The position numbers and the translations under genes are program-made. From assembly GCF_002945325.1 (NCBI RefSeq), contig NZ_CP026606.1, positions 540,001 to 572,000 on the forward strand: 32,000 nucleotides of DNA. Direction: 5' to 3'. The number at the start of each line of letters is the position of its first letter. The stretch's first letter is position 1. Below are positions 17,252 to 26,088 of the stretch, in pieces. This DNA is from Methanococcus maripaludis. Lineage in GTDB: Archaea; AGJL01; Methanococci; Methanococcales; Methanococcaceae. The notes beneath the pieces are model-generated. The model saw nothing but the letters and a program-made list of their open reading frames with translations, made no database searches and had not been told where the DNA came from.

Positions 17252-20200
17252 TTATTCAACAACTACTGGCCCATTTGCGGTCCATTCGACCATGATTGGT
17301 CCGTCTGGAAGTTCATCCAAAGTTTTAAAGTATTCTAAAGCAGCTTGTGTTCCTAATCTATCTGAACCTGCAATATATACAATAGTGTAGCTTTTAACGA
17401 TTTTTCCAGAATTGTCCTGAATAGTCATAACTTGAATAACCCCTTTGTTTTCTCCAGGGTAGTCGTTTGAAATTGGCATTTCAAACTGATCGTTGTATTC
17501 TCTCGCAAATGGATTTGCTTTTGGTCCGCCAACAATTACTGCATTTCCAGAAATTTTGAATCCTTCTGCATTTTGTATTCTTTCTCTTAATTCTTCAGCA
17601 AATTGCTGATCGATTTCGTTTCCAAAGAGCACTGTTGCACTTGAAACGAAGTTTTTAATAACTTTTGAGTCTATTTCATCTGAAATATCTGAATCGTAAC
17701 TTCTTCCACCGCCACCGGAAGATCTTGTTGTATGGGTTGTTACTGGCGTGTAAGGAATAAGATCAATTCCCCACATTCCAATTAATGGTGCTGTATCGTT
17801 TTCTAAATAGTCGCTCTCATCGTCACATCCATATAGATAATAAGTATCCCCGATTCCATTTGCATCTGCGTCTGTTCCACTGTAATCAGACCAGTAGTTT
17901 CCAAGGAAATTACTGTAACTATTTCCGTTGTATTTATATTCAATTTTAAAAGGACTTAAGAAACTGTTTTTTCCAGTTTCTCCAGGAGTTATGCCCGAAA
18001 TATTTACTGTATCTGTGTAGATAAAGTTGTTTAAGTAAATATTACATCCTGTGACTTCATCGCCAATTATTAGAGGATATTCTGATGAATAGACCGTATT
18101 GTAAGAGATATTTGAATAGTCTTCATCACAATCATCTAAACGAATACCATATTCACTTGCAAGAACAGTGTTGTTGAAGACTGTTGCGTAAGCTCCTTCA
18201 CCCTCCCCATCAAAATCGATTGCATAATCGCTTGAGTTTGTTACAGTGTTGGATGAAATTATGGTATACAATCCGCAGGTGTATATCTCGTCTTCCACGG
18301 TGTTATTGGCGAGTGTGTTGTAATCTCCGTAAACGTAAATATAATCAGTTATTATGTTTGATGAGATTGTGTTATTATTCGAAAGATACTCCCAATCGCC
18401 CTCCATATCAATATAATCTACAGTGTTTGATGAGATTTTATTATTGTCTCCGATTAGTTCAATAGAGTTTACCGTGTTATTGAATATTATTGAATTATTT
18501 AATCCATCGTCATATGCTAAATAAAATCTATTTTCCACAGTATTGGTGGAAATCGTATTATATTCTCCGCTAACTTCAACATCATACGCAGTGTTTGAAG
18601 AAATCGTGTTATACTCCCCGTAAACTCCAACATACTGTGCAGTGTTTGAAGATACATTTGAATTTGAAGCTGTTATGTAAATACTGCTTGAAGTCATTAA
18701 ATTTTTAACAGTTACATTTTCAAGCATGTTTTCAGTATTTGAATAGACTACGTAGTCTCCAGTCTTATTTAACCAGTGATTGTTTCCATCAAAAGTTACA
18801 TTATCAGATTCAATCACTATAAACTTATAAATTGATGAATCGTTTACATAATCGCAGTCCAGTATGTAGTAACCCGGGGTAGTAATTACGACGTATGCAC
18901 TACCGCCTCCAGTATAAGGACTTACGCTTGTAAAGTTTTCTTCAGTAATATGGATCATTCCATCATTGTAATCCACTTTTGGAGCATTTGATGTAAGATC
19001 TACACCCCAAATTCCAGCAAGTGGTTTTGTATCGTTTGTATAGTTTTCTGTGTATGGCGTATCGATTATACCGTCACCATTCGTATCAGCTTCTAAATAT
19101 CCAGCCCAGTAGTTTCCAAGAACGCCCGAGTATGGATTTCCATTGTAATAATAAGTTATATTTTCACTTGAAACAAAATAGTTGTTTGTTCCGTTGTTTA
19201 TTAATCCATCAATGTTGTTTTGGTAGAATCTAACGCCTTGACAGTGTATAATATCTATTGCGTAAGATTGCTCTGATGTGATGTTATTTCTATAAATATT
19301 TGAGTTAGGTCCAGATAACCAGTAAGAAAGTTTAATTGCTTCAGAACCTTCACCAGCTACAGTAATATTGTTATCGTAGAATTCATAATTTCCAGAATCG
19401 CCAGAAAGATAAATACCAAATGCTTGGCTACCTGAGATTGTGAAATTATTACCATATAATTCATTATTGTTAAAGTCTGAATTGGGGTATAACCCGCACG
19501 GCTTATTTCCGGTTAAGGTTATTGTATTGTTAGCCATTATTGTGTTGGTAAAATCGTCGTTACAGAATATACCGTAAGATTCAGTAACACCTTCACCTTT
19601 GAGTGTATTTCCTGAAATCGTGTTTGTTGCAATATTTTCATAAGCATAAATACCGTAAGCATTCTTATTAGAAGAGTTAACTGTAATGTTATTTCCAGTA
19701 ATTGTGCTAGTTAATATGCTGCCATAATCATAAATCCCATAAGTATCTACTGCTTCAGAAATCGCAGATATTACATTTTTTGAGATATTTGTATTTACTA
19801 TGTCATCGTATACGCAAATGCCCATAGAATTAGATGGAGCATCCGTATTAATTATATTTCCAGTAATTGTGCTATCTTGAATATACCCTTTCGCCCAAAG
19901 ACCTACTGAATACTCTCCATTGGTATTGGCAGTAATATTATTTCCAGTAATTGTGCTATCTTGAATATACCCATCTACGTAAAAACTAATAGAATGATAA
20001 GCAGAATTAGCTGTAATGTTATTTTCTGAAATTGTACTATTTATCATATGAATATAAGAATAAATACCATAAGCTTCCGTCAAAGCGTCTGTAGTGCCTG
20101 TAATTGTATTTTCCATAATGGTTGTGTTAATCATACTGTCTAAACTGTAAATACAGTAAACAGTGCCTACAGAAGAGTTAGCTGTAAGCGTATTTCTCAA

Positions 20201-20617
20201 AATCGTGAGTTCATACGAATTTGCAATATCTACTGCAATACTCGTAGAATTTATAACTGAATTTTCCACTTTTGATGAATCTGTGTCGTGGAAATAAACA
20301 CCGTAAGAAAATCCATTCGAAGCTATGTTTTGAATAGTAATGTTTTTGGAATTTTCAACATTTATAAAATAGGTTCCACTTCCAGAACCGTTAATTGAAA
20401 ATCCATTACCCTCTATTGTAATATTTTCTCCGGTGATATTTATCCCGTTTAATCCAGTAATATTTACATTTTCAGTTAAATAATAAGTTCCAGGATAAGA
20501 AATACTCACAGTTCCTGAATCAAAATCGCTTTGCTCTAAATCATAATTAATATCCACTGCATTAACGCCCCCTAGCGCGAAAAGCAGTAGTAAAAATAAT
20601 AAACATTTTTTTATCAA
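17252..20617 (-). CDS. Secreted surface protein: two right-handed beta-helix (PbH1/NosD-like) modules plus a Gly/Ser linker and a conserved C-terminal module
   Basis: Signal peptide MIKKCLLFLLLLFALGGVNA. There are dozens of ~22-aa I.GN.I/ISSNT-type beta-helix coils. Two copies of the NosD-type motif GNYW...D.NGDGI.DT.Y...D..PL are present. The C-terminal 156 aa are homologous to the end of the 24292 gene. Confidence 0.85.
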   Translation of the reverse strand: MIKKCLLFLLLLFALGGVNAVDINYDLEQSDFDSGTVSISYPGTYYLTENVNITGLNGINITGENITIEGNGFSINGSGSGTYFINVENSKNITIQNIASNGFSYGVYFHDTDSSKVENSVINSTSIAVDIANSYELTILRNTLTANSSVGTVYCIYSLDSMINTTIMENTITGTTDALTEAYGIYSYIHMINSTISENNITANSAYHSISFYVDGYIQDSTITGNNITANTNGEYSVGLWAKGYIQDSTITGNIINTDAPSNSMGICVYDDIVNTNISKNVISAISEAVDTYGIYDYGSILTSTITGNNITVNSSNKNAYGIYAYENIATNTISGNTLKGEGVTESYGIFCNDDFTNTIMANNTITLTGNKPCGLYPNSDFNNNELYGNNFTISGSQAFGIYLSGDSGNYEFYDNNITVAGEGSEAIKLSYWLSGPNSNIYRNNITSEQSYAIDIIHCQGVRFYQNNIDGLINNGTNNYFVSSENITYYYNGNPYSGVLGNYWAGYLEADTNGDGIIDTPYTENYTNDTKPLAGIWGVDLTSNAPKVDYNDGMIHITEENFTSVSPYTGGGSAYVVITTPGYYILDCDYVNDSSIYKFIVIESDNVTFDGNNHWLNKTGDYVVYSNTENMLENVTVKNLMTSSSIYITASNSNVSSNTAQYVGVYGEYNTISSNTAYDVEVSGEYNTISTNTVENRFYLAYDDGLNNSIIFNNTVNSIELIGDNNKISSNTVDYIDMEGDWEYLSNNNTISSNIITDYIYVYGDYNTLANNTVEDEIYTCGLYTIISSNTVTNSSDYAIDFDGEGEGAYATVFNNTVLASEYGIRLDDCDEDYSNISYNTVYSSEYPLIIGDEVTGCNIYLNNFIYTDTVNISGITPGETGKNSFLSPFKIEYKYNGNSYSNFLGNYWSDYSGTDADANGIGDTYYLYGCDDESDYLENDTAPLIGMWGIDLIPYTPVTTHTTRSSGGGGRSYDSDISDEIDSKVIKNFVSSATVLFGNEIDQQFAEELRERIQNAEGFKISGNAVIVGGPKANPFAREYNDQFEMPISNDYPGENKGVIQVMTIQDNSGKIVKSYTIVYIAGSDRLGTQAALEYFKTLDELPDGPIMVEWTANGPVVVE

Positions 20618-20762
20618 GTGTTCACCCCGAACATTTTAATACATGCCTAAAAATATGTTAAATATTTGAGAGTTATGATTTTTCTAATTTATATTTTTAA
20701 CGTCAATATTAAGAAAAATTGGTTAATGAAGGATATTTTAAAAAATTTAAAAAAAGAAAGGA

Positions 20763-21461
20763 TTATTCTTCGACAATTTCAAGTCCAGGCATTAAAACAT
20801 TTTTATTTTTCAAATAAAGCCTGTAATCAATGATTTTTGACGTTGTCTCAATTATTTTTTTAGAATATAATGGATCAGCGATTGTATTTAAAAATCCCCT
20901 CAAATCCCCTAGAGCCTTTATTCCATAAATATCGTTTGCACCGCTCGAAATTACAACCGGAGTGTCGTATTTTTTAGCAAGCTTTAGGTTCCTTTGAAAT
21001 GCCCAAAGAATTTTTGATCTATCATAATTTTTGCTTTTTAAAAGATTTCCAAAATTTAATTCAACCGCAACTCGGTTTGTACTGCCGAGTCTTGCAAGGA
21101 TGTGGTCAAGCCCATTATCCATTCTATTTAATTCGGGGGTCGATAAAATATCAACATCGTTCATTTCAAGAACTCTCCTGTTTATTTTAACATCCCCGCC
21201 TTCAACAAGTAAAATATCAACTTTGTTTCTATATTTTTTAACCGCTTTTTCCATTTCATTTTGATTTTTTGTTGAAATTTTTACTCCAGAATACACTTTA
21301 AATTCGCAATTTTCCCCGTATTCAACTGCAGTATTGATTTTTTCTTCAGAATATTCATTATGATTTTGAACTGCAACGCTACCGTCCCATCCAAATCGTT
21401 TTAACGTTTTTATTCCTTCTTCGTCAAAAATATGATTTATATCAAAAATTCCTTCAAGCAT
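20763..21461 (-). CDS. rnp3: Ribonuclease P protein component 3 (Rpp30/p30)
   Basis: 232 aa, consistent with a PHP/TIM-barrel-like p30. The central block GLDHILARL....NRVAVELNF is typical of archaeal Rpp30. Confidence 0.65.
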   Translation of the reverse strand: MLEGIFDINHIFDEEGIKTLKRFGWDGSVAVQNHNEYSEEKINTAVEYGENCEFKVYSGVKISTKNQNEMEKAVKKYRNKVDILLVEGGDVKINRRVLEMNDVDILSTPELNRMDNGLDHILARLGSTNRVAVELNFGNLLKSKNYDRSKILWAFQRNLKLAKKYDTPVVISSGANDIYGIKALGDLRGFLNTIADPLYSKKIIETTSKIIDYRLYLKNKNVLMPGLEIVEE

Positions 21462-21516
21462 TAAATCCCCTGAAATTAAATTAACTGGTAATAAAATAAA
21501 AAAATTAAAAAAGAAC

Positions 21517-21810
21517 TTAGTATCTATCTTGTGGAGTTTTTACTTCGTCGATGATCTTTTTACCTGCTGCAACCTCATCGATACTGTGGATTACTCCGTT
21601 CATGGATTCAATAATTGCTTTTATTGCATCGTAGTCAAGATTGAATCCTTCAATTGTGATTTTAATATTTTCGGTAGATTTGTCTATTTCGTAAACTGTT
21701 ACGTTTACACCATCAATACCATCTACAGAACATAATTTAACTGCTAAATCGGTTAATTTCGGCTCGTGTGTTTTTAAAACATCCAGAACCATTCTCCTTA
21801 ACTTGGTCAA
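21517..21810 (-). CDS. DUF211 family protein
   Basis: 97 aa. LRRMVLDVLKTHEP...L...DGVNVTV.EID..TE..KITIEG matches the archaeal DUF211 pattern. TTG start is behind GAGGAGGA. Confidence 0.6.
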   Translation of the reverse strand: MTKLRRMVLDVLKTHEPKLTDLAVKLCSVDGIDGVNVTVYEIDKSTENIKITIEGFNLDYDAIKAIIESMNGVIHSIDEVAAGKKIIDEVKTPQDRY

Positions 21811-22070
21811 AAATATCCTCCTCTAAATACAACCTGCTATTTTTGAGATATTTTGGGTTTTCATTTCTCTCTAATTTAAAAGAGCTATTATTTATATTTA
21901 TAGTTGTATCCTCATATTCTATATATTATTTGTAGTGCAAATTTATATTACGAATTAATATCTTTTTATTTATAACTCATCAAATATTTTAACCTCGAAA
22001 TTTTTTAAAATTTGAGAATAAATCTTAGAATATCAAATTAGTAATAAAAACCACACTTTAAAGTGATATC

Positions 22071-23171
22071 ATGATTTTACATCCAAGACCTTCCCCGATT
22101 GCGGCCGCAATGTACCAATTAAGGGATATCGGCGTTGATGCGATTATTCTCCACGGGCCAAGTGGATGCTGTTTTAGAACTGCGAGACTTCTTGAAATTG
22201 ATGGAATACGAGTTTTTACCAGTGCAATGGGTGAAAATGATTTTATTTTTGGTGCAATGGATAAATTAAGAGATGTAATAGCGGAAGTTTTGGAATATTT
22301 AAAAAAAGAAACTCCAAAAAGCGAAAAATACAAAATTGGAATCGTTGGAACCTGCGCAAGCATGATCATTGGAGAAGACCTTGAAAGCCTCGTCGATGAC
22401 TTCGAGGATATAATAATTCCCGTAGACATTCACAGCGGACTTGTTGATAACACGGTTGGTGCAATAAGGGCAATGGATGGCGCGCTAAATGCAGGGTTAA
22501 TTGACTATTCCGAATACGAAAGGCAGAAAAAAATGCTTGTTTGTGCAACTGACGTTGAAAAAAAGCGAGGAATGGCAAAAAATAGGTATTTAAAACCAAC
22601 ATATGAAGACGACCTTGAAAAAATTATGAATATTTTAAAAGAAACAGATTCAAAAATAAAAAAGGGCAAAGATGTAAAAATTGCCTGTGTTTTGAATGCG
22701 AAAAAAGAAACTGCGTATTTATTTTCAGACCCACTTTTAGAAATGAATAGACATTTCAAATGCATCAATATTGCAAATCTCGATGAAAATATCGGTTTTG
22801 ATAAAGTAAGGGCTGACGCTAAAAATATTTTAGAAGAATTTAGTAAATGCGGATTTAAAATAGACTACATCACGGGCGGACTTGACGAATACCCGATAAC
22901 TGGTGAAAAAGCATTGGATTACCTAAAAGAAATTAATCCAGATATTGTTGTTGTGTCAGGAGTTCCTCATGCATTATTAATTGAAAATCTAAAAGAAATT
23001 AATCCCGATGTAATAACAGTTGGTATAAGTGATGGCCCAAGGCTTTATCATCCAATAAAAGAAGTTTATAGTTATGGAATAATCGAACTCGATGCCCATG
23101 CAAAGGTTTTGGGTAAGAAAAATATTGTAAAATCAAGATTTGGAGAAATTTTGAGTTTTATGAAATTCTAA
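22071..23171 (+). CDS. cfbD: Nitrogenase-component-1-like protein (NflD / CfbD, methanogenesis marker 13 type; coenzyme F430 biosynthesis)
   Basis: The N-terminus HPRPSPIAAAMY..RD.GVD.IILHGP.GCCFR and the ~366-aa length fit the methanogen-specific NifD/BchN-like family. The call rests on recollection of the family signature, not on a search. Confidence 0.6.
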   Translation: MILHPRPSPIAAAMYQLRDIGVDAIILHGPSGCCFRTARLLEIDGIRVFTSAMGENDFIFGAMDKLRDVIAEVLEYLKKETPKSEKYKIGIVGTCASMIIGEDLESLVDDFEDIIIPVDIHSGLVDNTVGAIRAMDGALNAGLIDYSEYERQKKMLVCATDVEKKRGMAKNRYLKPTYEDDLEKIMNILKETDSKIKKGKDVKIACVLNAKKETAYLFSDPLLEMNRHFKCINIANLDENIGFDKVRADAKNILEEFSKCGFKIDYITGGLDEYPITGEKALDYLKEINPDIVVVSGVPHALLIENLKEINPDVITVGISDGPRLYHPIKEVYSYGIIELDAHAKVLGKKNIVKSRFGEILSFMKF

Positions 23172-23260
23172 AAATTTTCTTTTTTAAATAGTCAAATATT
23201 AATAAAATCATGGAAATATTTTAATTGAATTTAATATTATCATTTTTACGAGGGAAAATA

Positions 23261-24208
23261 ATGCAAAAACCATGGGTTGAAAAATACAGGCCAGAAACAC
23301 TTTCCGAAGTTGTTGGGCACCATGAAATTATCAAAAGACTTACAAATTACGTTGAAAAAAAGTCAATGCCCCACTTGCTCTTTAGTGGATCCCCAGGAGT
23401 TGGAAAAACAACGGCAGCACTCGCTCTTGCAAAAGATTTATATGGCGACACTTGGAGAGAAAATTTTCTCGAATTAAACAGTTCCGATGAAAGAGGAATT
23501 GATGTAATCAGAACCAAAGTAAAAGACTTTGCAAGAACAAAACCTATCGGGGATGCACCGTTTAAAGTCATATTTTTAGATGAAAGTGATGCTTTAACTT
23601 CAGATGCTCAAAACGCGCTTAGAAGAACCATGGAAAAATATTCCGATATCTGCAGGTTTATTTTAAGCTGTAACTACCCAAGTAAAATTATTCCTCCAAT
23701 TCAGTCAAGATGTGCAATCTTTAGATTTTCACCGTTAAAAACTGAAGATTTAGTTGAAAATTTAAAAGATATTTCTGAAAAAGAAAATTTAAACCTTGAA
23801 AAAGGAGGGATCGATGCAATAATCTATGTTTCAGAAGGAGACATGAGAAAAGCAATTAACGTTTTACAAACCGCAGCTGCAGTTTCTGATGAAATAACCG
23901 AAGAAATAGTTTATAAAGTTGCTTCAAAAGCAAGACCTGATGAAATTAAAAAAATGACGCAACTTGCATTAAATGGAAAATTCGTTGAAGCAAGAGAACA
24001 GCTCTACAACTTAATGATCGACTGGGGAATGAGTGGTGAAGACATATTAATTCAGGTATTTAGGGAAGTTCCAAATTTAGATATTTCTGAAAAAGAAAAA
24101 GTACATTTAGTCGAAACAATTGGAGAATGCGATTTTAGAATCGTTGAAGGCTCAAACGAAAGAATACAGTTAAGTGCACTCCTTGCAAAAATGGGAATTT
24201 TAGAATAA
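23261..24208 (+). CDS. rfcS: Replication factor C small subunit
   Basis: PWVEKYRP, Walker A GSPGVGKTT, the DESD(A)LT box, SRC motif and full-length clamp-loader architecture are present. ATG 23261 sits behind GAGGGA, so the 12-aa extension in the ORF track is unlikely. Confidence 0.92.
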   Translation: MQKPWVEKYRPETLSEVVGHHEIIKRLTNYVEKKSMPHLLFSGSPGVGKTTAALALAKDLYGDTWRENFLELNSSDERGIDVIRTKVKDFARTKPIGDAPFKVIFLDESDALTSDAQNALRRTMEKYSDICRFILSCNYPSKIIPPIQSRCAIFRFSPLKTEDLVENLKDISEKENLNLEKGGIDAIIYVSEGDMRKAINVLQTAAAVSDEITEEIVYKVASKARPDEIKKMTQLALNGKFVEAREQLYNLMIDWGMSGEDILIQVFREVPNLDISEKEKVHLVETIGECDFRIVEGSNERIQLSALLAKMGILE

Positions 24209-24291
24209 ACTTTTTTTAAATTTTTTAAAATATTTTTCTAAATTAAATTTTCAAAAAATCAAAAGAAAAAAGAAATGTTATTTTTAAGTAG

Positions 24292-26088
24292 TTATTCAAC
24301 TAAAACTGGCCCATTTGCGGTCCATTTTACAGTTATTGGTTCACTTGGAAGTTCATCTAATGTTTTAAAGTATTCTAATGCAGCTTGTGTTCCGTATCTG
24401 TCACTTCCTGCAATATAGATTACCTGATAAGTTTTGATAAAGTTTCCAACGTGAACTTGTATATTTTGAATTTGGATAACTCCCCTGTTTTCTCCAGGAT
24501 TGTCGTTTGTAATTGCCACTCCAAATTCGGAATCGTATCTGTTAGCAAACCCGTTTGATTCTGGTCCACCAACAATTATCGTATCCCTTGAAAGTTCGTA
24601 ATTTTCTGAATTGTATAGGTTTTCCCTTAATTCTCCTGCGTATTCTCCGTCAATTTCGCTTCCGTATACAATATTGGAATTTGAAACTGCGTTTTTAATT
24701 ACAAATGAAGTAAATCCATCTGAAAGATCTGATGAATACGAACTTCCTCCACCGCCACCTGATGACGACCTAGGAACTGCAATGCTTATGCTTACATTTT
24801 CACTTGAATTTACGTTTCCTGCTAAATCTGTTGCAATGATTGTTATTTCGTAGTTTCCATTTGAAAGAGTTCCTGTATTTCCAGTGTAGTATTCTCCATC
24901 AAATGAAAGTGTTACGTTTCTAACGCTTCCAATTTTAGCAATAACTGATGAAACGTTTGATAATGAATCATTTGCTGTAACGTTTATCGCTGCAGAGCTT
25001 GAAGTATACGTTGTTCCATTTACTGGTTTGTTAACCGTAACTTCTGGATTTACTGTGTCAACAGTAAAGCTTACAGTTTTGTTTACTTTATTTGAAGCAG
25101 TGTCGTTTGAGTACATTGTTACGTTGTAAACACCGTCAGCAAGTTCTGCTGAATTCAGGTAGTTTCCTGTACTGTTATCTAATGATATTTCAGTTGATCC
25201 GTTGAATGCAGTTACTGAATCGATGTAGTCTTCATCTACTGTGAAGTTAAGCACGTCTGATCCATTGTTGAAGTATTCTCCTTCAACTGTGTTAACTGTG
25301 ATTACTGGATCTGTTAAATCTACTCTAAAGGTTACGTTTTCACTTGAATTTACGTTTCCTGCTAAGTCAGTCGCGTATATTTTAACTGTGTTAAGTCCTT
25401 CGTTGAATATTTCACTAGTTAGGAAGTATCCAGTTGATCCATTTAAGGTAATGTTTTCTAAACCGTTTATTTCAGCTACAACTGATTGTAAGTTGATATC
25501 CGTTGCTGTAACGTTTAATATGCTTGAATTGTAGTTGTATGATTTTTCTACGGTGTTAACCGTAACTTCTGGATTTACTGTGTCAACAGTAAAGCTTACA
25601 GTTTTGTTTACTTTATTTGAAGCAGTGTCGTTTGAGTACATTGTTACGTTGTAAACACCGTCAGCAAGTTCTGCTGAATTCAGGTAGTTTCCTGTACTGT
25701 TATCTAATGATATTTCAGTTGATCCGTTGAATGCAGTTACTGAATCGATGTAGTCTTCATCTACTGTGAAGTTAAGCACGTCTGATCCATTGTTGAAGTA
25801 TTCTCCTTCAACTGTGTTAACTGTGATTACTGGATCTGTTAAATCTACTCTAAAGGTTACGTTTTCACTTGAATTTACGTTTCCTGCTAAGTCAGTCGCG
25901 TATATTTTAACTGTGTTAAGTCCTTCGTTGAATATTTCACTAGTTAGGAAGTATCCAGTTGATCCATTTAAGGTAATGTTTTCTAAACCGTTTATTTCAG
26001 CTACAACTGATTGTAAGTTGATATCCGTTGCTGTAACGTTTAATATGCTTGAATTGTAGTTGTATGATTTTTCTACGGTGTTAACCGT
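24292..26088 (-). CDS. Adhesin fragment 3: about five Ig-like domains, Gly/Ser linker and C-terminal module
   Basis: The ORF track calls 24292-25779 from an internal GTG. The same frame stays open upstream through repeat copy B to the tract boundary, with no in-frame ATG, GTG or TTG. The C-terminus matches that of the 17252 gene. Confidence 0.7.
   Translation of the reverse strand, partial: TVNTVEKSYNYNSSILNVTATDINLQSVVAEINGLENITLNGSTGYFLTSEIFNEGLNTVKIYATDLAGNVNSSENVTFRVDLTDPVITVNTVEGEYFNNGSDVLNFTVDEDYIDSVTAFNGSTEISLDNSTGNYLNSAELADGVYNVTMYSNDTASNKVNKTVSFTVDTVNPEVTVNTVEKSYNYNSSILNVTATDINLQSVVAEINGLENITLNGSTGYFLTSEIFNEGLNTVKIYATDLAGNVNSSENVTFRVDLTDPVITVNTVEGEYFNNGSDVLNFTVDEDYIDSVTAFNGSTEISLDNSTGNYLNSAELADGVYNVTMYSNDTASNKVNKTVSFTVDTVNPEVTVNKPVNGTTYTSSSAAINVTANDSLSNVSSVIAKIGSVRNVTLSFDGEYYTGNTGTLSNGNYEITIIATDLAGNVNSSENVSISIAVPRSSSGGGGGSSYSSDLSDGFTSFVIKNAVSNSNIVYGSEIDGEYAGELRENLYNSENYELSRDTIIVGGPESNGFANRYDSEFGVAITNDNPGENRGVIQIQNIQVHVGNFIKTYQVIYIAGSDRYGTQAALEYFKTLDELPSEPITVKWTANGPVLVE
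25030..26088. repeat. Two apparently identical tandem copies of a 525-bp unit (175 codons, two Ig-like domains)
   Basis: Period 525: the landmark TTAACCGT occurs at 25031, 25556 and 26081. The antisense ORFs 25241-25534 and 25766-26059 translate identically. A further 186-bp identical partial copy lies at 28194-28379. Confidence 0.9.

Noticed and set aside
4203-25534. Numerous antisense or shadow ORFs inside well-supported genes, for example 4203-4412, 4673-4912, 6112-6393, 7829-8092, 8870-9064, 9692-9877, 14514-14918, 15331-15648, 18184-18465, 21031-21264, 22058-22429 and 25241-25534.
   Set aside because: Each lies fully within a longer ORF on the opposite strand or in another frame that has clear family signatures. 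Their translations are low complexity or repeat-derived.
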